The notes: generated by a model not told the origin, from the sequence alone. Shown: positions 1 to 13,419, counted from the stretch's first letter. The stretch is DNA of 64,000 nucleotides from Chiloscyllium plagiosum (GCF_004010195.1 NC_057754.1:10241182-10305181); one strand, 5' to 3'. Numbers and translations are program-made.

Positions 1-598
1 TAGGATTTATGACCATCTGGAAGAGCATGGCTTGATTAAATGCAGTCAACACGGCTTTGTGAGGGGCAGGTCATGCCTCACAAACCTTATCGAGTTCTTT
101 GAGTTCTGGTCGCCCTATGATAAGAAAGATGTGGATGCTTTGGAGCGGGTTCAGAGGAGGTTTACCAGGATGCTGCCTGGACTGGAGGGCTTATCTTATG
201 AAGAGAGGTTGACTGAGCTCTGACTTTTTTCATTGGAGAAAAGGAGGATGAGAGGGGACCTAATTGAGGTATACAAGGTAATGAGAGGCATAGATAGAGT
301 CGATAGCCAGAGACTATTTCCCAGGGCAGAAATGACTAACACGAGGGGTCATAGTTTTAAGCTGGTTGGAGGAAAGTATAGAGGGGATGTCAGAGGCGGG
401 TTCTTTACACAGAGAGTTGTGAGAGCATGGAATGTGTTGCCAGCAGCAGTTGGGAGGCAGGGTCATTGGGGACATTTAAGAGACTCCTCGACATACATAT
501 GGTCACAGAAATTTGAGGGTGCATACATGAGGATCAATGGTCGGCACAACATCGTGGGCTGAAGGGCCTGTTCTGTGCTGTACTGTTCTATGTTCTAC
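1..598 (+). mobile_element. CR1/HER1-type LINE, internally deleted RT to 3' end
   Basis: QHGFVRGRSCLTNLIEFFE joined directly to FWSPY..ERVQRRFTRMLPGL; RGDLIEVYK; TTCTATG-type tail. Confidence 0.9.
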
Positions 599-599
599 T

Positions 600-1610
600 C
601 AACCTCTCTTCATAGCAAGCAACTTGGATACCAGCTTTCTATCTTTCAAGCAGAAGGACCCACAATTCCCTCTGCGCTGCAGCTTTCTGCAATGTTTTAC
701 TCCATTTAAATAATATTCACCTCTGCTAATCTTCCAGTCAAAATGCATAAACATCTATCTTTCCCACAGTATTTCCATCTGCTGAGTTTTTGTCCGCTTG
801 TTTAACCTGTCTCTATCCCTGTCTTCTCTCGTTATGTCATCCTCACTACTTGCCTCCATCTACCCACCTGGAAATAGTACAAATCACTTCTGTCATTCAC
901 GTCATTTGTATATATTATAAATAATTATGGCCCTAGTATTAATCCCAGTGGGACTCCACAAGTTACAATTTTCCATCACAAAAATGTCTTCTTTATCTCA
1001 ACTCTTGTCTTCAACTCATTAGTCACGGGATGGCATGGTGGCTCAGTGGTTAGTACTGCTGCCTCACAGCACCAACCTCAGGAAACTGTCTTGTGTGGAG
1101 TTTGCACATTCTCTCCATGTCTGCAGGTTTTCCTCGAGGTGCTCTGGTTTCCTCCCACAATCCAAAGGTAAATTGGTCATGCTAAATTGCCCACAGTGTT
1201 CAGGGATGTGTAGGTTAGGAGTAAATGTAGAGTAATCGGGTCGGGGAATGGGTCTGAAGGGTTACTCTTCAGAGGGTTCGTGTGGACTTGTTGGGCCAGT
1301 TGGCCTGTTTCCACACACTGTAGGGATTCTATGATAGCAAATCCTTGATCAATGTTAATATATACCCCAACAATATGGGTTCATGGGTTCTTATCTTCTG
1401 AAGTAGTCTCATGAACAATACCTTACTGATTTTTTTTTCAAATCCATATATATTACACCTTCTTGTTACCTCCTCGAAATATTTCAACAAACTTGACAGC
1501 TATGATTCCCTTTCACAAAACCATGGTGATATTGCTTGATTACATAATGCATTTCTAAACGCTGTTATTCCAACGTCTAGAACAGACGGTAATATTTTCC
1601 CAATGTCAGA
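600..1610 (-). mobile_element. Old degraded CR1 RT fragments
   Basis: Reverse complement of HGFVKG-type motif near 1505-1525; host of the SINE at ~1026. Confidence 0.55.
1026..1333 (+). mobile_element. HE1-type tRNA-derived SINE
   Basis: Head tggcatggtggctcagtggttag (A box), core tgtggagtttgcacattct, CR1-like tail ttgttgggcc..ggcctgtttcc. Confidence 0.9.
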
Positions 1611-1639
1611 GCAGATTGTGAAATCTGGTAAATTTGTGT

Positions 1640-3115
1640 AGCTGAAAAATGGCCCACATCAACTCTAGCCTCCCAGTCTGCCTCCATCCCTGCAATTTGC
1701 CTACTGGTGAAACAGGAGCACAATAGACACTATATCCATATGCCTGCATTCCTCCCTGGAACATCTGGATAACAAGGACACCTATGTCAGGTTCCTCCTC
1801 ATCAACTACAGCTCCACTCTAACACCAGCACCTCTACCAGAATAATCTCAAAACTCTGAGATCTAGGTCTCGGCTCTGCCCTCTGCAACTGGATCCTCAG
1901 CTTCCTAAGCCACAGACTGCAACAGTGAGGATAAACAACAGCACCTCCTCCACAATAATCCTTAACACTGCCACTCCGCAAGGATATATACTCAGCCCCT
2001 TACTGTACTCAGTGTACACTCACAAAACTCCTGGGATTGTATTCATTAGAGTTTAGAAGGTTATGGGGACATCTGATAGAAACTTACAAGCTAATACATG
2101 GCTTAGAAAGGGTGGACACTGGGAAGGTGTTTCCATTAGGCGGGGAGACTAGGACCCATGGGCACAGCCTTAGAATTAGAGGGGGTCAATTTAAAATGGA
2201 AATGAAGAGACATTTCTTCAGCCAGAGAGTGGTGGGCCTGTGGACTTCATTGCCACGGAGCACAGTGGAGGCCAGGCTGTTAAATGTCTTCAAGGTAGAG
2301 ATTGATAAATTCTTAATCTCACAAGGAATTAAGGGATACAGCAAGAGTGCGGGCAAATGGCGTTGAAATGCCCCTCAGCCATGACTAAATGGTAGAGTGA
2401 TCTTGATGGGCCGAATGGCCTTACTTCTACTCCTATGTCTTATGGTCTAAAACTACAAGCTCGCTGACAACACTACCATTGTAGGCCGGTTGTCAAACAA
2501 TGATAAGTGAGAATATAGAAATAAGATGGCATGATGCAATGGTAACAACCTCTCTTAATGTTAGCAAAATAAAAGAACTGATCATTGACTTCAAAAAGGA
2601 GGGGGACATGCTCTTACCTACGAGAACAGAGCTGAGGTAGAGAGGGTCGAGTGTGTCAAGCTCAGAGGATCGCCAATAACCCACAATGTATCCTGGACTT
2701 CTCATACAGATGCAACTGTCAAATTAGCACAACAACGCTTCTTCTTCCTCTGGAAATAACTTTTACAGATGCAGTATAAAAACCATTCTGGCTGGGGGCA
2801 TGACAGCTTGGTACAGCAACTGCTCCATCCAGCATTGCCAGAACGTTGTGCACATAGCCCAGAGCATCATGGAAGCCAATCTTCCATCCATGGAGTCGGT
2901 CTACACTTCATGTTGCCATGAAAGGCTGCCAACATCAAAGACCCCTCCCACCCGGTAATGCTCTCTTCCAACCTCTTCCGTCAGGCAGAAGATACAGAAA
3001 CCTGAACAGACACACACAGGCTCAGGAACAGCTTCTTCTCTGCTGTTATTAGACTGCTGAATGGACCTCTCTAACCTCAAATCTAATGTTGACCTTGCCT
3101 TTGTGCACCTCCTGT
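1640..3115 (+). mobile_element. Rex1/Babar-clade LINE, RT and 3' end, interrupted by a CR1
   Basis: Degenerate [32 protein letters not shown]; resumes at ~2450 with KLADNTTIVG. Confidence 0.8.
2026..2448 (+). mobile_element. 5'-truncated CR1 3' end inserted in Rex1
   Basis: ORF 2037-2366 YSLEFRRL..HFFSQRVV; tail cctatgtcttatggtct. Confidence 0.9.
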
Positions 3116-3329
3116 GTGAGAGAGAGAGAAAGCGAGAGAGAGAAAGTGAGACATGGAAGGTTGATTACTCAAACAGAACTTTAACAAAACCTTCCAAACT
3201 CGCCACTCCATCACCACAAAGGACCAGAAGAGTAGGCATATGAAACCATCACCACCTTGAAGCTCCCTCCAAGTCACACAATGTCGCTTCATCTACTGCT
3301 AGATGAATAGAAATTTCCACCAATCCAAT

Positions 3330-3610
3330 CTCAAATTAGAGGGCATAGTCTGAGAATTAGGGTTAGACTGTTCATGACAGATGTTAGGAAGCACTACTGA
3401 ACTGGTTTGGAACTCTCTTCCAAAAACTGCTGTCGATGCTCAGTTGTTTGTTTTAAATCTGAGATAGATAAACTTTCATTCAGCCAAGGTGTTCAGGGAT
3501 ATGTTCCAAAGGTGGGTATATGGAGTTAGACCACAGATTAGCCATGATTTCATTAAATGGTGGAACAGGCTCAACTGGCTGAATGGCCTATACCTGATCC
3601 TTTGTTCACT
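3330..3610 (+). mobile_element. Old CR1 3' fragment
   Basis: agagggcatagtctgagaattagg; tail aatggtggaacaggctc..gaatggcct. Confidence 0.7.
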
Positions 3611-3639
3611 GAAAGCGAATGGCTTCAGTCCCTGCTACA

Positions 3640-4200
3640 AACTTCCTAACTCCAGCTGCATCTCTGTCCCTAATAACCGTCTGACCAGGCTGTCTGCAAC
3701 ATTAGTGGATATCAGACTTGTGGCTAGGCTTTTGACCACAACGACGCATCTCAATTTGATGTTCTATTTCCACATCAGTGACTGGTGAGACTTCAGCACA
3801 GTGTCAGCTCCATGTACTGAAAATCTCGTCCAGTCTTTTATAACCTCGAAACTGAATGACCCAAACACACTCCTGATCCACTTCCCACTTCCAATCTCCC
3901 TGTAATCAAGCTCATCCAACACTCGTGCTCACTCACACTAAGTCTTGTTCACCTCACCCTGACCGAAAAAACATGTCAGTTGAAAAACAATAACATTTAA
4001 AACTTCCTAGCCTTGTTTTCAAATCCGTCCATGACAGTGATCATTTCCATCCCTGAACTCTCTTCCAGCTGCACAATCCTTCAAATATCTGCACTTGCCT
4101 AATTTCAGCTCTTGAATGTGGTCAATTAATCCCCCACCCACCAATGGTGGGTGTTCTTTCAATTTCCTGGGCATCAGGATCTGGAACTCACTCCTTGACT
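3640..4200 (+). mobile_element. L2-like LINE remnant
   Basis: Degenerate TENLVQSFITSKL resembling the L2 motif ETLVHAFITSRLDY; ctggaactcactcc near the end. Confidence 0.45.
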
Positions 4201-4229
4201 CTCTTCAACCTCTTCCTCCTTTAAGATAA

Positions 4230-4780
4230 TTAGAGTCATAGAGATGTAGAGCATGGAAACAGACTCTTTGGTCTAACTCGTCCATGCCAACCAGACATCC
4301 CAAATTAATCTAGTCCCATTTGCCAGCACTAGGCCCGTATCCCTCTAAACCCTTCCTATTCATATGCCCATCCAGATGCCTTTTAAATGTTGTAATTGTC
4401 CCATCCTCCATCACTTCTTCTGGTAGCTCATTCCATGCATGCACCATCCTCTGTGTGAAAAGATTTCCCCTTAGGTCTCTTTCCCCTCTCACCCTAAACC
4501 TACGCCCTCTAGTTCTGGACTCCCCCACCCCACGGAAAAGACATTGTCTATTTACCCTATCCATGCCCCTCATGATTTTATAAATCTCTATAATGTCGCC
4601 CCCCAGCCTCTGACACATGATGTAAAACAGCCCCAGTTTATTCAGCTTCTCCCTACAACTCAAAACCTCCAACCCTGGCAACATTCTTGTAGAGCTTTTC
4701 TGTACCCTTTCAAGTTTCCATGGGAGGGAGACCAGAATTGCACGCAATATTTCAAAAGTGGCCCAACCAATGTCCTGTAT
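4230..4780 (-). mobile_element. CR1 3' end
   Basis: ORF 4310-4801 ERVQK..RMLPGL..WNELPEEV; ctctatgactct tail. Confidence 0.9.
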
Positions 4781-5087
4781 TCTTCTTTTTTGACCAAACA
4801 TTTAGTCACCTGCCCCAACACATGATGTGACACAGTATAAAATGTTGTTTTCTAACATGTCCGTGAACTCCATGGAGCATACATTAAACTGGAAATTAGA
4901 GACATAAGCAATAAAGATACACCGGTTATTGTGGGTGTCTTCGATCCAAATATGGAATGGGCAAATCCAATCATTAACAATGCCACAGAGGGGGAATTAC
5001 TTCAATGTGTATAAGATCGTTTTCTGGATCAACACATTGAGGAACCAAATAGAGGACAGGCCATTCTAAAGTGCACGATATTTAAGT

Positions 5088-5312
5088 GGTGGAGGCAGGC
5101 TAGCTCAGTTGGTTGGATGGCTGCTTTGCGATGCAGAATGAAGCCAAACCACGGCTCATTTCCTATACCAACTGAGGTGACTGTGAAGATCCCACATTCT
5201 TAACCTTACCCCTTGCCTGAGGGATGGTGACCCTCAAGTTAAAGCACCACTGGTTAACTCTCTCTAATGAGAGAGGAACTCCATGGTCTTGAGGGATATT
5301 GGCAATTTAATT
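5088..5312 (+). mobile_element. tRNA-derived SINE distinct from HE1
   Basis: A-box tagctcagttgg, degenerate B box, internal ctctctctaatgagagag hairpin; interrupts CR1 EN. Confidence 0.6.
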
Positions 5313-5917
5313 TCAAAACTTTGTTTGTGCAATGAGAATGGAATAATTGGCAATCTCACTTTGTGAGGTCCCTTACGGAAGAGTGAAGAACTGAGTAATG
5401 GAATTCTCCATGAAGAATAACAGTCTTGATTCTAAGACAAGGGACTCCAATCTAAAGGGAGGAAATGGAACTGGTAAAGGCACAAGCTGGCTACAACAAA
5501 TTAGGGAACATTATTTAAAAGGGTGACAAACATTTAAAGAGCACATGGAGGAACTGCAACAGTTGTTCATTCCTGTCTGACAGAAAGTAAAACAGGAAAG
5601 GTGGCCCACCGTGGCTACCAAGAAATATTAGGGATGGTAATGAATCCAGGAAGAGGCGGACAAATTGGCTAAAAACAGCAGCAAATCTGAAGATTGGGAG
5701 CAGTTCAGATTTTAGCAATGAATGACAGACAGATTGATTCAGAGGGGAAACAAGAGTATATAAAGAGAAAAAAAGATGAACGGAAACAAGTATAGGTTCC
5801 TGACAATCAGAGTTAGGGATAGTTATAGTGTCGAACAAATAGATAGTAGACCAATAAAGTTTGTTCTATCGTCACAACGGAAGAGACAAGTAACATTTCC
5901 AAAATGTTGGGGGACAC

Positions 5918-8880
5918 ACAGAATATAACAGCACAGTTCAGGCCCTTCGATGCTTCACTGACCTGTGGAACCAATCTGAAACCTACACAGTAGCGCCTCG
6001 ACATATGAATGACCCCGGTCATGAACAAATCGGTTTACGAACAGGATTGTACGTAAAATTTTGCTTCAACGTACATACGCAATTCAAGGTACAAACGCAA
6101 AAAGCCCACGTGCGACCATGTGGTTTCATTGTTCTGCTTTGCTACGCGCTTGCTGAACGCAAAAGCTCTCAGGCCCCACGTGATCTCATTCAGTTCGTCT
6201 TTGGCACGTGCGCTGCGAACAGCGTTCGTTGTTACGTCCAAGCATTCTTACGCTATCTGAACAATGGGAAAAATTGATTCAGTTTGCGGATTTTTCGGTT
6301 CGCGAACCGGGTCCCGGAACAGACTAAGTTCATAAGTCGAGGCACTACTGTATATCCTACACAATTCCATTTTACCTATACGTTTATCCAATGACCATTT
6401 AAATGCCCTTAAAGTTGCAGACAGGACATTCCATGACCCTACTACTCTAAGTAAAGACATTACCTCTGACATCTGTCCTATATCTAAACACCCCAATTTA
6501 AAGCTATGTCCTCTTGTGCTAGCCATCACCATCCGAGGAAAAAGGCTCTCACTGTTCACCCTATCTAACCCTCTGATTATCTTATATGTCTTAATTAAGT
6601 CACCTCTCGCCTTCTCTCTAATGAAAACAGCCTCAAATCCCTCAGTCCTTCCTCATAAGACCATCCCTCCATACCAGGAAACATCCCAGTAAATCTCCTC
6701 TGAACCCTTTCCAAAGCTTCCACATCCTTCCTATAATGTGGTGTCCAGAAATGTATGCAATATCCAAGTGTGGCAGCACCAGAGTTTTGTACAGCTGCAG
6801 CATGACCTCATGGCTCCGAAACTCAATCCCTCAACCGATAAAAGCTAACACATGGTATGCCTTCTTAACAACCCTATTAGTCTGGGTGGCAACTTTGAGG
6901 GATCTATGTACATGGGCACTGAGACCTCTCTGCTCATCTACACTACCAAGAATCTTACAATTATTACAGTACTCTGCATTCCTGTTGCTTCTTGCAAAGT
7001 GAACCACCTCACAATTTTCCACATTAAACTCCATTTGCCACCTCTCAGCCCAGCTCTGCAGCTTATCTATGCCCCTCTATAACTTGCAATAAGCTTCAGC
7101 ACTATCCACAACTCCACCGACTTTAGTGTTATCCACAAATATATGAACCCATCCTTCCACGCCCTCATTTATAAAAATGACAAACAGCAGTGGGCCCAAA
7201 CCAGATCCTTGCGGTACACCACTTGTAACTGAACTCCAAGATGAACATTTCCCATTAGCCACCACCCTCTGTCTTCTTTCAGCTAGCCAATTTCTGATCC
7301 AAACCGCTGAATCACCCTCAATCCCATGCCTCCGTATTTTGTGCAATAGCCTACCGTGGGGAACCTTATCAAATGCCTTACTGAAATCCACATACGCCAC
7401 ATCAATCGCTTTACCTTCATCCACCTGTTTAGTCACCTTCTCAAAGAACTAAATAAGGTTTGCTAGGCACAACCTACCCTTCACAAAACCATGTTGACCA
7501 TCCCTAATCAACTTATTCCTTTCGAAGTGATTATAAATACTATCTCTTATAACCTTTTCTCACAGTTTACCCACAATCGAAGTAAGGCTCACTGGTCTAT
7601 GATTAGAGTTTCTACTCCCCTTCTTGAACAAAGGGACAACATTTGCTATCCTCCAGTCTTCTGGCACTATTCCACAATGATGACATAAAAGATCAAAGCC
7701 AAAGGCTCTGTAATCTCCTCCTTGGCTTCCCAGAGGATCCTATGATAAATCCCATCCGGTCAAAGGGACTTATCTATCCTCACCCTTTGCAGAACGGCAA
7801 ACCCCTCCTCCTTGTGAACCTCAATCCTGTGCAGTCTAGTGGCCTGCATCTCTGTTTTCAACTTGACAACACTGGTATTCACACTGGAAAAAGACAATGA
7901 AAAATATTCATTTCGCGCTTCCCCTATCTCCTCTGACTCCACGCACAACTTCCCACTACTATCCTCGATTGGCCTTAATCTTTCTCTAGTCATTCTTTTA
8001 TTCCTGATATACCGATAGAAAGCTTTAAGGTTTTCCTTGATCCTATCTGCCAACGACTTCTCATGTCCCCTCCTGACTCATCTTAGCTCTTTCTTTAGGT
8101 CTTTCCTGGCTAACTTGTAGACCCCAAGTGCCCTAACTGAGCCTTTGTGTCTCATCCAAACATAAGCCTTCTTTTTCCTCTTAACAAGAGATTCAACCTC
8201 TTTAGTAAACCACTGCTTCCTCACTTGACCACTTCCTCCCTGTCTGACTGGTACATACTTATCAAGGACACACAGTAGCTGTTCCTTGAATAAGCTCCAC
8301 ATTTCAATTGTGCCCATCCCCTGCAGTTTGCTTCCCCATCCTATACATCCTAAATCTTGCCTAATTGCATCATAATTGCCTTTGCCCCAGCGATAACTCC
8401 TGGCCTGCAGTATATACCGATCTCTTTGCATCACTAAAGTAAACGTAACCGAATTGTGGTCACTATCACCAAAGTGCTCACCTACCTCCAAATCTAACAC
8501 CTGGCCAGGCTCATTACCCAAATCCAATGTGGCCTCGCCCCTTGTTGGCCTGTCTACATACTGTGTCAGGAAACCATCCTGCACACACTGGAAAAAAAAG
8601 CTGACCCATCTAAAGTACTCAAACTATAGTATTTCCAGTCAATATTTGGAAAGTTAAAGACACCCTGTTACTCTCACTCCTATCTAGAATTATCTTTGCT
8701 ATCTTTTCTTCTACACCTCTGGAACTATTTGGAGGCCTCTTGAAAACTCCCAGCAGGGTTACCATTCCTTTCCAGTTTCTAACCTCTTCCCATACCACCT
8801 CAGTAGATGAGTCCTCAAACATCCTTTCTGCAACCGTAATACAGTCCTTGACTAAAAATGCCACACCTTGCCCTCTTTTG
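5918..8880 (-). mobile_element. Near-complete degenerate CR1 ORF2 nested in the plus-strand CR1
   Basis: ORFs 8078-8584 (GDSDHNSV), 7077-7436 (DFSKAFDKVPH, GVPQGS), 6831-7034. Confidence 0.92.
5988..6350. mobile_element. Tigger/pogo-like MITE with 22-bp TIRs
   Basis: cagtagcgcctcgacatatgaa ... ttcataagtcgaggcactactg (2 mismatches); followed by TA; sits in a CR1 3' UTR. Confidence 0.85.
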
Positions 8881-9629
8881 CATGGTCCATTGAGAGGAAC
8901 TGAAGGAAATCAGCGTAAGTGGAGAAATTGATGGGATTAAAGACCAACAAATCCCCAGCACCTGGTAATCTACCCCCCCACTCCCCAGAGTACTTAACAC
9001 AGTCGCTCAAGATAAAGTGGACGCACTCAAACTAGCAGTTTGAACTAAATAGAGGAAATTCATTATCATCTTTCAAGATTCTATAGACTGAAGTAGTTCC
9101 TACGGATTGGATGGTAGCTAATATAATCCCAGTATTTAAAAAAGTAGGTAGAGAAAACATGGAATTATAGACCAGTTAGCCTGACGTTGATAGGGAAAAT
9201 GCTAGAGTCTAATATTAAAGATTTAATAGCAGAACACTTGGAAAACAGTGACAGGATTGGACAGAGTCAGCATGGATGCACAAAATGAAAAATCATTCTT
9301 GACAAATCTACTGGAATTTTTCAAGAATGCAACTTGCAGAATTGTTAAAGAGGCAGTAGATGTGGTTTCCTTGGGCTTTCAGAAGGCATTCAAAAAGGTA
9401 CCAGAGAAGAGATTAGGATGGAAAATTAACACACATGGGATTGGCAGGAACATGCTCATTTGGATAGAGAATTGGCTGACAATAAAGAGTAGGAATAAAC
9501 AGGTTTTTTGAGGGGCAGCCAGGGACCAGTGGAGTACTGCAAGGATCCATGCTTGGACCTCAACAATTCACAATATATATTCATGATTTGGATGAGGAAA
9601 CTTAAATGTCATCTCTCCAAGCTCCAAGC

Positions 9630-9773
9630 TTTTATTCCTGATGAAGGGCTTTTGCCCGAAACGTCGATTTGGCCTGTCCTCGGATGCTGCCTGAATTGCT
9701 GTGCTCTTCCAGCACCACTGATCCAGAATCTGGTTTCCAGCATCTGCAGTCATTGTTTTTACCTCTCCAAGCT
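9630..9773 (+). mobile_element. Short Penelope-like terminal insertion with hammerhead motif
   Basis: ctgatga-agggcttttgccc-gaaacgtc at 9638-9665; flanked by ctccaagct duplication. Confidence 0.8.
9638..9667 (+). ncRNA. Minimal type-I hammerhead ribozyme motif
   Basis: Intact CUGAUGA, stem II GGGC-UUUU-GCCC, GAAA, palindromic ACGU, GUC cleavage triplet. Confidence 0.7.
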
Positions 9774-10659
9774 TGCAGATGACTTGAAGCTGGGTGGGAC
9801 AGTGAACTGGGAAGAGGATGCCAATATGGTTCACTGTGATTTAGAGAAGTTGGCCGAGTGGGTAAAAGTGTATGGCAGGTAAAGGATAATGCAGATTGAT
9901 GTGAGGTTATCCAGTTTGATCATAAAACCAGGAAGACAGATAGGTTAAGAAAGGGGGAAGCGCAGCAGGACCCGAGTGTCCTTGTACACAAGTCGGTGAA
10001 AGTAAGCATGCAGATGCAGCAGGCAATGAAAGCAGCAAATGGTATGTTGGCCTTCATAGCAAGAGGATTTGAGTACAGGAGCACATATACCTTGCTGCAA
10101 TTGTACAGGGTCCTGTTGAGAGCACACTTTGAATACCTGAGGAAGGAAATTATGGCTATGAAGGGAGTACAATACAGGTTGACTAGACTAATTTCTGGGA
10201 TGGCAGGACTATCATATGAAGACAGACTGGGTCAGTTAAGATTCAACCCACTGGAGTTTAGAAGAATGAAGAAGGATCTCAGAAATCAATAACTTTTAAC
10301 AGGACGTCACAAGGTAAATGTCGGAAGGATGTTCTTCGATGACTGGAGAGTCCTAAATCAGGAGTCACAGTCTAAGGATGTGGGGGTAGGCCATTTAGCA
10401 CTGAGATGAGGAAGCATGTTTTACCCAGAGTGGTGAGCCTGTAGAAATCTCTACCACAAAACAGTAAAAGCCAAAACATTGAACCTTGCCAATTAGAAGA
10501 CAGATATAGTTCTGCAGGCTAAAGGGATCAAAGTGGATCGGCAAAAGTGGGAATAAACCACTGAGTAGCATGATCAGCCATGATTGTACTGAATAATGGA
10601 GCAGGATCAAATGCCACAATGGCCTATTCCAGTTCCTACTTTCTGTGATTCAATTGCAG

Positions 10660-10808
10660 TAGATATGTCAAGCATGATTTTCCATTTCGTGCATCCATGC
10701 TGACTCTGTCCAATCCTGTCACAGTTTTCCCAAGTGTTCTGCTATTAAATCTTTAATGTTAGACTCTAGCATTTTCCCTATCAATATCAGGCTAACTGGT
10801 CTAAAATT
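10660..10808 (-). repeat. Inverted local copy of ~9163-9311
   Basis: Reverse complement closely matches that CR1 segment, including ttgataggg, gtgacagg, gatgcac. Confidence 0.85.
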
Positions 10809-11267
10809 TGATTATAACTGACACTTATCACTGGTCCCTTATCATCACTGGATGAAAATTCTGTCACCCCTTACCGAACAGCAATCTAGGAATAGCTTCA
10901 CCACACAGACTGCAGCAGTTCAAGGTCAGGGAGGTGCAGAGAGATCCTGGAGGCTTCTAGACTGGCTGCTCTGTCTCGAGTTTTCTATCCGTTATCAACT
11001 TTTGATTGTTCTGAAAAAAGAACCATAGTATATAGGAAAAAAGTAAATAAATATGAAAGTTTGCTGAAACTTGACGTTCAGTCCTGACCTAGAAATTAAG
11101 TCAAGTTTTACGTGCATGTGAGAAACACATTATCCAAGGATTGCACACAAGCTTGGCATCCATTTTTTGAGACTGTTTAACGGAACTGAAAATTTTAATT
11201 TCTTTTATTTTCAGTTTAATTTATTCCTTAACTGTGCACAGCTATTGGTGAAAGTGGGGGTTATGAA

Positions 11268-11593
11268 CATCCAAAACCCTCGGAACCAGCTATCTTTCGG
11301 ATTTTTCGGATAAAGGGTTAAATGACATTTTCATAGTAAAACACAGAAAATAATTACCAAACAGCAGACCCACCTGTGATTACTACAAACACCGAGACAG
11401 AACTGATGGCCTGTCAATGCTGGGCTATGCTGCTATGTCACAACTGAGGGACGTGGGTCGAGTGGGTGTGGAGTTGCATTAATTGTTTGCATGCCAAACA
11501 ACCTTGTTAATGAGAAAAAAACTCCGTGAACAAAACTTCGGATTTCAGAGCTTTTCAGATTTTGGAATTTCGTATGAAGGATTGTCTACCCGC
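11268..11593. mobile_element. Tigger4/MER46-like MITE remnant
   Basis: atccaaaaccctcggaaccag..ttcggatttttcggata and ttcggatttcagagcttttcagattttggaatttcg..ggattgtctacc. Confidence 0.55.
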
Positions 11594-12191
11594 ACTGGGT
11601 ACAAATCAGAGACATTGATTACATTGCCTGGTTGTTTATCTTTGCTTTGCTCATGTTATTGTTATTTCCTCTTTAAGTTAAAAATTTGGTGTCCAAGATG
11701 TGTTACTCAAAGCCTGGTTAGGAACGTTTGGACAATTTTGATGGTCATTCAATGTTTCAGTTTCACTGCGTTGTGAATCCAGTGACAGTGAGGCTAATTT
11801 GGTTTGGTTTGCTATCCTTGTGTCATAACAAGTACCTAATGGTCAATATTAGCTCAGAAGCAGAAATGACTTCCAGTGCAGGACAAACAATTCCTGACCA
11901 TGGAAGATAAAGCTGGAAATCAGCAGCATTTAACAAAAGATATGCAGCAATGGAAACCTCATTTAGACACAAATCTGCAGAAATAACAACAAAAGAAGGT
12001 TCAAATAAACCCAGTATTAGAGGCAGAGGTAGTCGGACAACAGCTGAGAGATGGTAGGTAGAGGTGAGATAGAGCAATAGATGGACATGAATTCAGATCC
12101 ACAGTAAGGAGTCACATCTGCCCCAGGGCTATGAAACCACAACACTGCACAGAAAGATTAAAATTGTAATTGAATGCTCAAAATTACTCAC

Positions 12192-12298
12192 CTCCCAAAA
12201 AATCTCACGGTTTTCAAATCTCCTGCTGGTGCCTGCAGCTGGGAAGACATCAGAAACCAGGAAAATATATTCCTGCTGCCTTCAAACTGTATAAATCT
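12192..12298 (-). other. Candidate non-coding (5' UTR) exon
   Basis: Minus-strand acceptor tttctgtcatctccttttccAG and donor GTGAGT in unique sequence. Confidence 0.4.
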
Positions 12299-12344
12299 CT
12301 GGAAAAGGAGATGACAGAAATCGGACGTTTCAGTCAAGGAAAAG

Positions 12345-12600
12345 TATCCCACCTAGACCCAGTCCCCTACCTTATACCTCTAATCCCGCATTTCTCATGG
12401 CTATCCCACCCAGCCTGCACATTCCTCGATACTATGGGCAATTTAGCATGGCCAATCCACAGAACCTGTACATCTTTGGACTGTGGGAGGAAACTGGAGT
12501 ACCTGCAGGAAACTTACACATACACAGGGAGAATGCGCCCGAGGGTGGAAGTGAACCTGGATCCACGGTGCTGTGGGGTAGCAGTCCTAACCACTGTGGC
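12345..12600 (-). mobile_element. HE1-type SINE
   Basis: gggcaatttagcatggcc..actgtgggaggaaactggag..ctaaccactgtg. Confidence 0.85.
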
Positions 12601-12619
12601 ATCCAGCACAATGAGACAA

Positions 12620-13170
12620 ATAAGACCACAAGATAAAGGAGCAGAAATATGCCATCCCATGCACTGGAGCCTGCTCCGCCATTCGATCATAGCTGATATG
12701 CTTCTCAACCCCCATTCTCCTGCCTTTCCTCCATAATTCTTAATCCCCTCGGTCTTAAATACACTCAGGGACTTGCCCTTCACAGTCTTCTGCAGAGATG
12801 CATTCCACAGATTCGCCACCTTTTGAATGAAAACATTTCTCCTCATCTCAGTTCTAAAGGGTTATTCCTTCACTGTGCCCTTCGGTCCTAGTCTCTCCTG
12901 CGAGGGGAAACATTTTTGATGTACACTCTACGCCGACCTCTCAGTATTTTGTAAGTTTCAGTGAGATCTGAAGTTTATCCTTCTAAACTCCCAGGAAGTA
13001 CACACCCAGATTCCTCAACTGCTCCTCGTGTAACAAGCCCTTCACCCCCAGGATCGTTGTTGTAAACCTCCCCTGTATCTGCTGCAAAGCCAGCACATCC
13101 TTCTTCAGATAGGAGACTCAAAACAGTGCACAGTATTCCAAATGCAGTCTGACCAGAGCCTTATACAGCC
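12620..13170 (-). mobile_element. CR1 3' fragment
   Basis: ORF 12514-12846 RRNVFIQKVANLWNASL. Confidence 0.8.
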
Positions 13171-13419
13171 TTGGCTAATCCTGCTCCTATTTCTCTTGTT
13201 ATTAGGATGGTCCCACATGCCTTCTAGTGTATTCCATTTTTAAAATTGGCCGTCGTTAACCCCAGCCTGTGTCCAGCTTCTCTGGGCAAAGCGAGAACAA
13301 AATCAATGGGTCAAAGATTTTCTTTTGGTCACTGGGACCCTGAAGGCCCTCCCACTCTGCCATCTCACCATGATCCTCACACATGCTCAACACTTCCTGC
13401 TGAACAAAGATAGCTACTG

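Larger units (their letters stand above)
4870..10650 (+). mobile_element. Long degraded CR1 ORF2 (EN-RT-3' end) hosting nested insertions
   Basis: EN-type FLDQHIEEPNRGQAIL at ~5020; resumes at ~8885 after the nested CR1; LTNLLEFF, KLADD; 3' tail at ~10640. Confidence 0.8.
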
